Source of the DNA: an uncultured Clostridium sp.
GTDB taxonomy: Bacteria; Bacillota; Clostridia; TANB77; CAG-508
Assembly (NCBI GenBank): GCA_930987745.1
Contig: CAKNKX010000003.1
Span: 23,149-87,148, forward strand
Direction: 5' to 3'
Length of the DNA: 64,000 bases
Each line of letters opens with the position of its first letter. The first letter of the stretch is position 1. Of the stretch, positions 39,859 through 49,762 are shown in pieces. The position numbers were made by a program, and so were the translations under genes. Below the pieces are notes generated by a model, which saw nothing but the letters and a program-made list of their open reading frames with translations, made no database searches and was not told the DNA's origin.

Positions 39859-40353
39859 TTAAACAATTAGTAATTTTACTTTTTTCTTTTCCTTATCTAT
39901 CTTTTTAATTAATACGTCAACCGTTTTTCCATATTCTAAACCATCTTCATATTCAGCCATCCCAACAAGATTAGGTGTTAGTTCTATAAAGATTCCATTT
40001 TTATTTTTCTCTGTTTCTCTTACAATTCCTTTTGTTTTCATTCCTTTTGAAAATTTATTAGCATTTTCTTCCCATGTACCTAGTGTTTCTTTATATGAAA
40101 GTGTTATCCTTCCTGTGTTTTTCTCTATTGATTTTACTACAACATCAACCTTTTGTCCAATTTGTAGTCTTTCATATGGTGTTTTTATCCTTGCAATTGA
40201 TAAATCCTCAATATGTGCCAAACCAACTACTCCACCTTCTATTTCTATAAAAGCTCCATATGGTTTTATGTTTTTTACTATTCCTTTAACTTTTTTACCT
40301 TCTTTATAATTATTTTTTATCCAATCTTGTGTTTTATATTGAAATGTATGCAT
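39859..40353 (-). CDS. S1 RNA-binding domain protein (two S1 repeats)
   Basis: GKKVKGIVKNIKPYGAFIEIEGGVVGLAHIEDLS and a second KTKGIVRE...GIFIELTPNLVGMAE repeat. Confidence 0.75.
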   Translation of the reverse strand: MHTFQYKTQDWIKNNYKEGKKVKGIVKNIKPYGAFIEIEGGVVGLAHIEDLSIARIKTPYERLQIGQKVDVVVKSIEKNTGRITLSYKETLGTWEENANKFSKGMKTKGIVRETEKNKNGIFIELTPNLVGMAEYEDGLEYGKTVDVLIKKIDKEKKKVKLLIV

Positions 40354-40422
40354 TTTAGCATTATCTCCTTTTTTCTTTTGTTTGGTATATTATATATTTT
40401 TTTACTTACTTTTTCAAGGTAT

Positions 40423-41148
40423 CTAATTACTTTTTATTATTTTTTCCACTTCTTTACTAGTTAAATATCTCCATTTTCCAAGTGGTAAATCTTTTACACC
40501 TATTCCTGCAATCTTACTTCTGTGGAGTGCTAATACTTTATGATTTATTGCTTCACACATTTTTCTTACTTGTCTATTTTTCCCCTCATGTATTGTTATT
40601 TCTAGTCTTGACTCATTTTTTTCTTCATCAGTTTTTAGTATTTTAACTTTTGCAGGTTTTGTTATATATTCTTCTATTTTTACACCTTTTCTTAATTTAT
40701 CTACCTCTTCGCTTGTAACAATACCTTTAATTGTTACTGTATAAGTTTTATCTATCTCATGTTTTGGATGTGTAACTTTATATACAAAATCTCCGTCATT
40801 AGTTAAAATTAATGCTCCTGATGTATACATATCTAATCTTCCTACTGGTACTATTCTTTCTTTGACTTTTACTAAATCTAATACAGAATCCCTATCAAAC
40901 TGATCTTTTGCAGTTGTTACATATCCTATAGGTTTATTTAATAATATATATACATTTTTCTTTTCTACTTTTATTTCTTTATCATTGTATAAAACTATAT
41001 CTTTTTTAGGATTTATCTTAGTTCCAAGTTCAGTAACAACTTTTCCATTTACTTTTATTTTTCCTTGAATTATTAACTCTTCTGCTTTTCTTCTTGATGT
41101 AACTCCACAATCAGCAATATATTTTTGAAGTCTTATTTCTTCTTCCAT
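40423..41148 (-). CDS. rluB: Pseudouridine synthase, RsuA/RluB family (S4 domain plus catalytic domain)
   Basis: IRLQKYIADCGVTSRRKAEELI (S4) and VGRLDMYTSGALILTNDG (catalytic Asp motif). Confidence 0.8.
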   Translation of the reverse strand: MEEEIRLQKYIADCGVTSRRKAEELIIQGKIKVNGKVVTELGTKINPKKDIVLYNDKEIKVEKKNVYILLNKPIGYVTTAKDQFDRDSVLDLVKVKERIVPVGRLDMYTSGALILTNDGDFVYKVTHPKHEIDKTYTVTIKGIVTSEEVDKLRKGVKIEEYITKPAKVKILKTDEEKNESRLEITIHEGKNRQVRKMCEAINHKVLALHRSKIAGIGVKDLPLGKWRYLTSKEVEKIIKSN

Positions 41149-41166
41149 TTTCCCTCCCTCTTTTTC

Positions 41167-42066
41167 TCATTCTAATATTTTTCTAAAATATTCTGGCAAT
41201 TCTGCTTCTAATTTCATTTTTTTACCTGTGATTGGATGTTTAAATTCTAGACTTTTTGCATGTAAAGCTTGTCCTTTTATTCCCCATTTGTTTTTTCCGT
41301 TTGAGTAAACTTCATCTCCTATTATTGGATAACCTATATGTGATAAATGTACTCTTATTTGATGTGTTCTTCCTGTTTCTATTTGTACTTCTAGAAGTGT
41401 ACAATTATCTTTCGGATATCTTTCTAATACTTTGAAATGAGTAATTGCTTCTTTTCCGTCTTTTTCTACTGCCATTTTCTTTCTATCTTTTTTACTTCTT
41501 CCTATTGGCATATTTATTGTAGCATGATTTTCTTTAACAATTCCTCTTACTAATGCTATATATGTCTTTTTTACCTCATGATTTTTTATTTGCTCACTTA
41601 AGTTTATATGTGCTTTATCATTTTTTGCAACTACTATTACACCTGATGTATCTTTATCTAATCTATGAACTATTCCAGGTCTTATTTCTCCACCTATTCC
41701 AGATAAGGAATCTTTACAAATTGCCATTAATGCATTTACTAATGTTCCATCTGGATTACCATTTGCTGGATGGACTACCATTCCTTTTGGTTTATTTACA
41801 GCAATTATATCATCATCTTCATAAATAACTTCTAGAGGTATATTTTCTGCCTTAATAGATACTTCTTTTGGCTTTTCTTCTTCTATTGTTATTTTGTCAT
41901 TTTCTACTACTTTATATGATGGTTTTACCTTTTTACCATTTACTAAGATTTTTTCTTCTTCTATTAGTCTTTGAACTGCAACTCTTGATAAATCACTATC
42001 TTTTTTTGATATATATCCATCTATTCTTATTTTTTGTTCATCATCTTTTACTATATATGTTTTCAA
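41167..42066 (-). CDS. rluD: RluA/RluD-family 23S rRNA pseudouridine synthase
   Basis: S4 domain plus GIVHRLDKDTSGVIVVAKN and GRTHQIRVHL motifs. Confidence 0.85.
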   Translation of the reverse strand: MKTYIVKDDEQKIRIDGYISKKDSDLSRVAVQRLIEEEKILVNGKKVKPSYKVVENDKITIEEEKPKEVSIKAENIPLEVIYEDDDIIAVNKPKGMVVHPANGNPDGTLVNALMAICKDSLSGIGGEIRPGIVHRLDKDTSGVIVVAKNDKAHINLSEQIKNHEVKKTYIALVRGIVKENHATINMPIGRSKKDRKKMAVEKDGKEAITHFKVLERYPKDNCTLLEVQIETGRTHQIRVHLSHIGYPIIGDEVYSNGKNKWGIKGQALHAKSLEFKHPITGKKMKLEAELPEYFRKILE

Positions 42067-42584
42067 TTTTCTCTCCTTTTTCTTAGTTCTTTAACTGTAA
42101 ATCCTGCAAATATTGCAGCTATTGCTACCCAACCGATTACAACAAATATATCTGCTATATTAAATACTGGTAATTTGCTTATTTTTATCCATTCTATTAC
42201 ATAACCATGTATTAATCTATCTATTACATTACTTATTCCACCTGCTAGGATAAAGCTTAAAAATACTCTCATTTTAATATCGACAAATTCATTTTGTGTT
42301 GTTAAAAATTTAAATATTATTCCTAAGACTATTAAATTTGTTATAACATACATTACTGTAGAATTTGAACCTACTCCATATGCAGCATTCATGTTTTGGG
42401 TTACACTTAGTTCTAAAACTCCTGGTATTAATGTGACATTTCCTACATTTATTATAAATATTTTTACTATTTGATCTACTAATATTATTAATACTCCAAT
42501 TACAATTAAAACAATATTAGTTTTTTTAATTTTTTTCTTTTCTTCTAGTTTTTGTTCTATAAGAGATTTTTCTTTTTTTTCCAC
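42063..42584 (-). CDS. lspA: Lipoprotein signal peptidase (signal peptidase II)
   Basis: Four TM segments. NMNAAYGVG, NVIDRLIHGYVIEWI and FNIADIFVVIG motifs. Overlaps the rluD start by 4 nt. Confidence 0.85.
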   Translation of the reverse strand: MEKKEKSLIEQKLEEKKKIKKTNIVLIVIGVLIILVDQIVKIFIINVGNVTLIPGVLELSVTQNMNAAYGVGSNSTVMYVITNLIVLGIIFKFLTTQNEFVDIKMRVFLSFILAGGISNVIDRLIHGYVIEWIKISKLPVFNIADIFVVIGWVAIAAIFAGFTVKELRKRREN

Positions 42585-42626
42585 TAATTAAAACCTCCCC
42601 TTTACTTTCCTTTTACTTTTGTTATT

Positions 42627-44324
42627 TTACTCTTCTATTTTATTTGTGCTAGTTTCTCTTTCATATATTGTAAAATAGTTATCTTCATATATTTGTTTAT
42701 AATTTGGATCGTTTGTTTTTTTGATAATCATATTCATTTTTGAGCTTTTATATGTTATTACATGTGTTATATCATATTTTTCGAATACATCTTCATAAAA
42801 TGTTGATATTCCAGATACATTTATGAAATCCATAAATATATCATCTTGTTTTCCGCTAAATTCTGGAGAGTATAAATCTGCTCTAGAGTCTATAAATACT
42901 GGTATTCCTCTAAATATCATGTAACTTCCATAATTATATTCGTTATAAAATCTTGCTGTTCCTAAATCTATATTTTCTAAAATAAAGTCACAGGCTTGTA
43001 CTGGATATTGTGTTTCATCAACAAGTGTGTCATCAAATTTGTCTTTTGCAAAATAAAAGCTAAGTAATAATACTAAAACTGTTGTTAATATCATTCCCAC
43101 TTTTCCTGCCATTACTTTTGCCGCATCTTTTATAGTGTTTCCTGTATATATTCTATCTATTTCTAGAATTAACCTATTTAGAATAACGGAACACATTATT
43201 GCAAACATACTTACTTGCCTTCTTGAAGCTAACATCATGTATAGTAATCCTGCTAACATAAATAAATCACATAGTCTTATTTTTGCTTTTGTAAACATTA
43301 GGATTGCTATAAATAAAATCAATGTACATATTATTTCTGTATCTGTTGCAAGTGTCATTGGCTGATGTTCATTTATGTTTTCTGTAGTATTTCCTTGCAT
43401 TGTTTTTGATAAATAAGTATATGGAGTATCTCCAAGTGGTGTTAAAAATCCTGTAAATACACATATTATCATTATTAATATTAACCATTTTACAGCATCA
43501 TTTTTTACTATTTTTATTTTATATGGATTTTTAATATCTTTTGTTCTTCTTATTTTTACTTTATCGACTTTTTCTTCTAATTGATTTAATTTTTCTGTTA
43601 ATTTTCCAAGCTTTTCTCCATTTTTATTTGATTTTTCAAGTCCTTTTATTCTAGTTTTTAATAACCATATTTTAAATTTCTTGTAATATACAAATTCTCC
43701 TAAAAGTACTATTAAATATTCTCCTATATATGGCAAATACAACACAAAATAGAATGGGAATACTGCTACATGTAAATTTGCAATTAATATTGGTATTATA
43801 ATTAATCCAATTGCATATCTTTTCTTCTTTGTTTCTAAAAATTTCTCTATAAAAAAGATTGTCCATGCAAATAAAATAAAAGTAGCTAATTGTGCTCTTG
43901 CTGCAATATATGGCATAAGTAGATACATTGCACCAATTGTCACAAAAAATGATATTACTTCATTTTTTACGAGTTTTTTATTAACCCAAAATATTGATAT
44001 TCCAAGTACCACAGATAGTATACAGGTTGTAATATATATTCCTACAAATCCAAAAGCAGAATATATCATATATGTTATTAAATCATATAACCAGTGTGGA
44101 TAAGTATATGCTAAATCTTGATGCCATGAAAATGGGTCTTGCATATCTATACCATATTCTGCAATATGCTCTCCTACTTTTATCGTGTAGTATGTGTCAT
44201 TTTGAAATGTTACTGGTGTAATTGCAATGCTAAATATTGCAATTAATACAATTGCTAAAATTGTTAATTTTAAAGATATCTTCTTTTCACTTTCATCTTT
44301 AGGTTTTCTAGTTTTCATTTCCAA
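42627..44324 (-). CDS. Hypothetical polytopic membrane protein (about 12 or more TM segments with a C-terminal soluble domain; possibly GT-C-type glycosyltransferase)
   Basis: 565-aa ORF with many hydrophobic segments. The functional guess is weak. Confidence 0.6.
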   Translation of the reverse strand: MEMKTRKPKDESEKKISLKLTILAIVLIAIFSIAITPVTFQNDTYYTIKVGEHIAEYGIDMQDPFSWHQDLAYTYPHWLYDLITYMIYSAFGFVGIYITTCILSVVLGISIFWVNKKLVKNEVISFFVTIGAMYLLMPYIAARAQLATFILFAWTIFFIEKFLETKKKRYAIGLIIIPILIANLHVAVFPFYFVLYLPYIGEYLIVLLGEFVYYKKFKIWLLKTRIKGLEKSNKNGEKLGKLTEKLNQLEEKVDKVKIRRTKDIKNPYKIKIVKNDAVKWLILIMIICVFTGFLTPLGDTPYTYLSKTMQGNTTENINEHQPMTLATDTEIICTLILFIAILMFTKAKIRLCDLFMLAGLLYMMLASRRQVSMFAIMCSVILNRLILEIDRIYTGNTIKDAAKVMAGKVGMILTTVLVLLLSFYFAKDKFDDTLVDETQYPVQACDFILENIDLGTARFYNEYNYGSYMIFRGIPVFIDSRADLYSPEFSGKQDDIFMDFINVSGISTFYEDVFEKYDITHVITYKSSKMNMIIKKTNDPNYKQIYEDNYFTIYERETSTNKIEE

Positions 44325-44414
44325 CTTCCTTTCGCCTTTTGTTTTGTGTAAATTATATCAAAAAAAGTTCTAAAAGACTAGTCTTTTAGAACTTTAATAT
44401 TAACAATTTTTATT

Positions 44415-45110
44415 TTAAACAGCTTCTTTAGCTTCTTCTTCTGCTTCTTTTTCATTGTCATTTTCTTCAATTACTTCTAAACTTCCTATTGAAACTTCAT
44501 AAGCTACTCTTGTTTCTACACTTCCGTCTTCATGTTTTTTCTCATAAGTTCTTGATTGAACTCTTCCTACTACTTTAACTTGTGCACCTACTTCAAGGTT
44601 TTGACAGAATCTTGCATTTCTTCCCCAAGCTATACATGGGATGTAGTCTGATTTGTTATATGCTCTATTTACGGCTAGTAAAAGGTCTGAAATTTCTCTT
44701 CCAAATGGTGTTTGTCTATATATTGGTTTTTTACAAATGAAACCAATTAAAACAACTTCATTTGTTATTTCATCTTTTTTTGCCATTTCATTTTCTTCTT
44801 CTTCATCTTTTACTTCTAATACATCTTTGGCAAATACAGTTAATATTAATCTGTTTTTACCATTTTCATAACTGTTATATGACCTAAATTGTCCTTTAAC
44901 TAATAGTTTGTTTCCTTCACTTAATGTGTTTTCACCAATTAACCTTTCTGAAACTGTAATTGGTATTATATCTTCATTTCCACTTAAACGTGGTATTTCT
45001 AAATTAAAGATATAAAATCTTTCTCCATATATTTCATGGCTGAATTTCTTTTCTCCTGTAACTTTTCCTACTAAAGTTAAGTAGTTGTTTTCTAAATAAT
45101 TTGTATCCAA
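44415..45110 (-). CDS. SSB-like protein with two OB folds
   Basis: The second half, VVLIGFICKKPIYRQTPFGREISDLLLAVNRAY...CIAWGRNARF...VKVVGRVQSRTYEK, is SSB-like, with an acidic tail. Start probably TTG 45110 after AGGGAGG (the track start is 45140). Confidence 0.6.
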   Translation of the reverse strand: MDTNYLENNYLTLVGKVTGEKKFSHEIYGERFYIFNLEIPRLSGNEDIIPITVSERLIGENTLSEGNKLLVKGQFRSYNSYENGKNRLILTVFAKDVLEVKDEEEENEMAKKDEITNEVVLIGFICKKPIYRQTPFGREISDLLLAVNRAYNKSDYIPCIAWGRNARFCQNLEVGAQVKVVGRVQSRTYEKKHEDGSVETRVAYEVSIGSLEVIEENDNEKEAEEEAKEAV

Positions 45111-45327
45111 TTTCTTTTCCTCCCTATTATTTTTTATCAATTGTATCCTTTTGTTACGCTCTAGTTAAACTTACATTTCCTATTATACACCATTTTTTTG
45201 GTTTTGTCTACATAAAAAGTTAATTTTATTCAAAAAAGTAAGATTTTTCCTATGTTTTATAGATTATGTAAGTCACTATTTGTATTTTATGTATATATTT
45301 TTCCCACTTTTGGAAAGTTTATACATA

Positions 45328-46101
45328 TTATTTGTCTTTTATTTGAGTTCCATTTGAATTGATTGTGTAGTCATCTTGATAAATTAATTCTGATATAGGA
45401 ACTACATTTAAGCTTTTTTCTTTTATATTTTTAATTATCATTTCCAATGAATTTGCTGTATTTTTAGTTCCATTATGCATTAATATTATATCTCCCTTTT
45501 TTATTTTATCTTTTAGTCTATTCCACATTTCTTCCCCAGTAAGCCCTGTATAGTCTAATGTATCTAAATTCCACTGTATTGTTTTATATCCATTATCAGT
45601 TGCTGATTTTATTACAGTATCATTATACTCTCCATATGGTGCTCTATATATGTTTACTTTCTTTCCTGTTAAATCCTCAATTTTTTTGCTTGATTCTTCT
45701 ATTTCTTTTACATTTTCTTCATAACTTAGTTTTGTTACATGTGGGTGTGTATTACTATGTGAACCAATTTCATGCCCCGCTTCTGATATTTTCTTTACTG
45801 CATCCGGAAATTTATCTACCCAATCTCCTACCATAAAAAATGTGACTTTTACATTTTCTTTTTCCAATGTTTCTAAAATACTATCTATATCATCTGCATT
45901 CCAAGCACAATTTATCGTAAGTGACACATTATTGGTCTCTGTTTCTACATTATATATTGGTAAGTTACTAGTTACCCCTGCTGATGTAGATATACTTTCA
46001 TTATTGTTATATATACTATTTGCAACAAAAAACAAAACCACTACTGTTATTACTGATACTAGATATGCAAATATTTTTTCTTTATTAAACACTAAAAACA
46101 T
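45328..46101 (-). CDS. pdaB: Polysaccharide deacetylase (NodB domain), sporulation PdaB-like
   Basis: VKVTFFMVGDWV, HEIGSHSNTHP and YRAPYGEYN motifs, with an N-terminal TM anchor. Confidence 0.75.
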   Translation of the reverse strand: MFLVFNKEKIFAYLVSVITVVVLFFVANSIYNNNESISTSAGVTSNLPIYNVETETNNVSLTINCAWNADDIDSILETLEKENVKVTFFMVGDWVDKFPDAVKKISEAGHEIGSHSNTHPHVTKLSYEENVKEIEESSKKIEDLTGKKVNIYRAPYGEYNDTVIKSATDNGYKTIQWNLDTLDYTGLTGEEMWNRLKDKIKKGDIILMHNGTKNTANSLEMIIKNIKEKSLNVVPISELIYQDDYTINSNGTQIKDK

Positions 46102-46302
46102 TACATTCCCTCCAAATTAAAACTATTTAATTTTATGCGGGAATTTTTAGGTTATTACAAAATTTTAATATTCCAAAATAAGAACCTGACCCGACATAGC
46201 AATAAAAGATTGCGGTCTGGTAGCCCAGAACCTTGTTGTCTAAGACAATAAAAAGGACTACTAACTAAATTAGTAATCCTTAAAACTATTAAATAATTCA
46301 TT

Positions 46303-46836
46303 TTAAATATCATATCTGCCATTTAGGTAGCTATTATAATCATAGTCATAGTCATAATCATCATAATAACTATTATTTACATTATCTTCTTGCATATCTT
46401 GGTTTATAATATAATCTTTAACATCAAATATAAGTGATAGCCCTAATATTAGAGTAAAAATTACTATTAATACTTCTATTAAAAAGCTTATTATACCTGT
46501 TACTAATCCTCCTATTGCCATTCCTTTATTTTTTGACTTTATTCCTATGGCTCCAAAGATTATTGCAGTTATTGCACATGGTACTGATATATAACTTACA
46601 AATAATAATACTAGAGAAACAATTCCTAATACTAAAGATGCAATACAATATCCTTTCCTATCTTTTTCTTCTTCCACTTGATTTTTTTGTTTTTCATTAA
46701 CAACTTCCGCATTTTTTACCTCTTGTTGTTGTTCTTTTTTGTTTTCTTCAACTTGATTTACTTGTTCTACTTTTTGTTCTTCATTATCTGGCACTTTTTC
46801 TACTTCTATTATATCGTCTTTATTATTTTCGTCCAT
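46303..46836 (-). CDS. DUF4190-like membrane protein with an acidic, Gln-rich N-terminus
   Basis: Two-TM core GYCIASLVLGIVSLVLLFV...AIIFGAIGIKSKNKG is typical of DUF4190. Confidence 0.6.
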   Translation of the reverse strand: MDENNKDDIIEVEKVPDNEEQKVEQVNQVEENKKEQQQEVKNAEVVNEKQKNQVEEEKDRKGYCIASLVLGIVSLVLLFVSYISVPCAITAIIFGAIGIKSKNKGMAIGGLVTGIISFLIEVLIVIFTLILGLSLIFDVKDYIINQDMQEDNVNNSYYDDYDYDYDYNSYLNGRYDI

Positions 46837-46971
46837 AATTATCTCCTCCTTTTTTTCCCTATAGTTATATTATACTATATACATCTATTTTTTACAATAT
46901 TCTTGATATTAAAATTTGCAACATTCGACATTTTTCAACATATGATATAGAAGAAAGGAAGGAATGATAAT

Positions 46972-47430
46972 ATGGAAATGAATAATAATAAACCATGTTG
47001 CCCAATTTTAGATATAGATGGTGTAATTTCAAAAGGAAAACAATTCGACTTAGATATCACTTTACCAGAAGATAATAGAGATGTAATATATGGAGTAATA
47101 AAAGATTGTTTTAAAGAACCAGTAAAAGATGCTGTTGTAAAACTTGTTGAAGTAGTTTGCGAACATGGCAAAGAAGAAAGAAGACCAATAGGTCATACTT
47201 TCACAGATAAAGAAGGGGAATTTGTTTTCGGACCTCTTTGTCCAGATAGAGAATATGCTATTCAAATTTGGGTAAATGATACTAAAAAAGTTAAAATTTG
47301 CGCTAAATGTCATCATGAAGGTAGATGCTTAAAAGGCGATAAACATGATAAATGTGACTGCTTTATAGGCGGAAAAAAAGATGATTGCAAAGATGATTGT
47401 CACTGTATGGATAAAGATGACTGCAAATAA
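46972..47430 (+). CDS. Cys/His-rich small protein with a carboxypeptidase-regulatory-like (prealbumin-fold) core
   Basis: VIYGVIKD...PVKDAVVKLVE...TFTDKEGEFVFGPL..REYAIQIW, followed by a tail with 9 Cys and 4 His in about 45 residues. Confidence 0.6.
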   Translation: MEMNNNKPCCPILDIDGVISKGKQFDLDITLPEDNRDVIYGVIKDCFKEPVKDAVVKLVEVVCEHGKEERRPIGHTFTDKEGEFVFGPLCPDREYAIQIWVNDTKKVKICAKCHHEGRCLKGDKHDKCDCFIGGKKDDCKDDCHCMDKDDCK

Positions 47431-47480
47431 CAATCTAATTATGTAATGGATTTGGGATTTTTCCCAAGTCCTTTATGTTT

Positions 47481-47624
47481 TTAAAGTATTCCTACTTTTT
47501 TTGCCATTTGTCTTCCTTTTTTCATCATTTTCTTTTTGTTCATCATTCCTGTTCCTTCAGCATACATCATAACTATCCCAGTAGTAATTAATCCACCTAT
47601 TACCATACCTTTTATAAATTTCAT
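47481..47624 (-). CDS. Possible 47-aa small membrane protein
   Basis: MKFIKGMVIGGLITTGIVMMYAEGTGMMNKKKMMKKGRQMAKKVGIL, preceded by GGAGGTG. Too short for the ORF track. Confidence 0.45.
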   Translation of the reverse strand: MKFIKGMVIGGLITTGIVMMYAEGTGMMNKKKMMKKGRQMAKKVGIL

Positions 47625-47655
47625 TTCCACTCACCTCCAAATATGTCTATATTTA

Positions 47656-48033
47656 TTATTTCTTTTTATCATCATTTTTATACAATTTTATTATGGAATA
47701 TATTTCATTTATTGCAACTAAAGCTAAAAATATTCCAAAAATTTTTTTTAGCAAACCAACATCTATGTTTATTGCAATATTTGCTCCTATTATTGCTCCA
47801 ATTACACCACATATTGAAATTATTATAGCTAGTTTTAAGTCTATATTTTTATTTTTTAAATTTACAATTATTGCAACTATTGAAGTTGGTATAAAAAAGA
47901 TAAGATTTGTTGCTTGTGCTATATGTTGTTCTACACCCATCACAAATGAAAGAAGAAATATTAGTATTGTTCCTCCTCCCATTCCTGCGCCACTAATTAT
48001 TCCAGATACAATTCCAATTAATATTTCTCCCAT
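47656..48033 (-). CDS. TauE/SafE (TSUP) family permease, half-size subunit
   Basis: 125-aa, 4-TM protein; GAGMGGGTILIFLL motif. Paired with the adjacent half. Confidence 0.7.
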   Translation of the reverse strand: MGEILIGIVSGIISGAGMGGGTILIFLLSFVMGVEQHIAQATNLIFFIPTSIVAIIVNLKNKNIDLKLAIIISICGVIGAIIGANIAINIDVGLLKKIFGIFLALVAINEIYSIIKLYKNDDKKK

Positions 48034-48048
48034 TTTTTGACCTTTCTT

Positions 48049-48402
48049 TTAACTTGTTATCATTTTTATTGATACATAAATTAAAAATCCAGTAAATACA
48101 ATTTTCATTATTTTAGGTGATACTTTTTTTAATAATTTTGCACCAATATATCCACCAATTGTTCCACCTATTGCACAAAGTACAGCTATTTTCCAATCCA
48201 TATAATTATTTCTGTAATAGAAAAATCCACTTGCTATTACCATTGGTAGAATACAAAATACTGATGTTCCTCTTGATTTTGTATCATCTAAATCTAATAA
48301 ATGCACAAATGCAGGAACTAGTATCATTCCACCACCTGCTCCAAATAATCCACTAACTAAACCTGCTAAGATTCCAATTAATACTTTTTTTATGTTTTTC
48401 AT
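48049..48402 (-). CDS. TauE/SafE (TSUP) family permease, half-size subunit
   Basis: 117-aa, 4-TM protein; GLFGAGGGMILVPAF motif. Confidence 0.7.
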   Translation of the reverse strand: MKNIKKVLIGILAGLVSGLFGAGGGMILVPAFVHLLDLDDTKSRGTSVFCILPMVIASGFFYYRNNYMDWKIAVLCAIGGTIGGYIGAKLLKKVSPKIMKIVFTGFLIYVSIKMITS

Positions 48403-48445
48403 AATAAAAACCTACTTTTTAGTAGGTTTTCCATTTTTTTATTTT

Positions 48446-49725
48446 TTATTCTTTTTTAAAATCATTTCTTATTTCATCTAAATTTACCTCTCCATTGTTC
48501 GGATTATAGTATTTTGTTCCTAACATTTCATCTGGTAAGTATTGTTGTTTTACATAGTGATTTGGAAAGTTGTGTGGATATAGATATCCTTCATGATATC
48601 CTAAAGCTTTCATCTGCTCTACAGGTGCATTTCTGATATGCATTGGAACTTCTCCTGTGTCTTTATTAGCTACATCTTGAAGTGCATCGTTTATTGCCAT
48701 ATAACTTGCATTTGACTTTTTAGATGTTGCAACATAAATTGCAGCTTCTGCTAAAATAATTCTTGCTTCTGGCATTCCTACCATATGTACTGCTTGCATT
48801 GCACTTGTTGCTACAACTAATGCATTAGGATTTGCCATTCCGACATCTTCTGAAGCACAAATTACAATTCTTCTTGCTAAAAACATGGGGTCTTCCCCAC
48901 CGATTTAATGCTCTTGCTAGATAAAATACTGCAGCATCTGGATCTGAGCCTCTCATTGATTTTATCATCGCACTAATATTATCATAATGTGAATCACCAT
49001 TTTTATCAAAAATTGCTTTTTTATTTTGTACACTATTTTTTATTACTTCATCTGTTATATGAATATATCCGTCTTTTTCCATATTTGTTGTAAGTACTGC
49101 AACTTCTAGTCCATTTAACGCAGTTCTTACATCACCATTACTAATTATTGCAAGTTTTCTTAATGTTTCATCTTCTATTTTTATATTATATTCTCCGAAG
49201 ACCATCTTTTCTTTCTAAAGCATTTTTCAAAATTCTATAAATATCTTCTTCTGTTAATGGATTTAACTTAATTACCATAGATCTTGAAATTAAAGCTTTA
49301 TTTACTTCAAAATATGGATTTTCAGTTGTTGCTCCAATTAAAATAATTGTTCCATTTTCTACAAATGGTAAAAGTGCATCTTGTTGTAATTTATTAAATC
49401 TATGAATCTCATCTATAAATAAAATACTCTTTCCTGCTGGATTTAGCATAAAATTCTTAGTTTCTTCTATTACTTTTTTAATATCTGCTACTCCTGATGT
49501 TACTGCATTTATTTTATAAAATTTATATTTTGTTGTATTACTTATCACTCTTGCAAGTGAAGTTTTCCCACATCCTGGAGGACCAAATAGAATAATGCTA
49601 GATAATCTATCTGCTTTTATTGTTCTATATAATATTTTATCTTTCCCTAAAACATGTTCTTGTCCTACATATTCATCTAATGTTTTAGGTCTTACTCTAA
49701 AAGCTAATGGCTCATTACTATTCAA
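48446..49725 (-). CDS. rarA: Replication-associated recombination protein A (RarA/MgsA AAA+ ATPase). Needs two +1 shifts, at the in-frame CGG codons 49195-49197 and 48900-48902.
   Basis: GPPGCGKTS Walker A and ILFIDEIHRFNK. The three track ORFs join as ..ERKDGL-GEYNIKIEDETL.. and ..[28 protein letters not shown]... Confidence 0.85.
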
Positions 49726-49762
49726 TGTAGCTCTCCTCCTTACTTTTTTGATACTTTATCTT

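Noticed and set aside
46180-46260. The GC-rich island as a tRNA or tRNA fragment (a possible att site)
   Set aside because: No cloverleaf, T-loop (GTTCRANYC) or acceptor pairing could be drawn.
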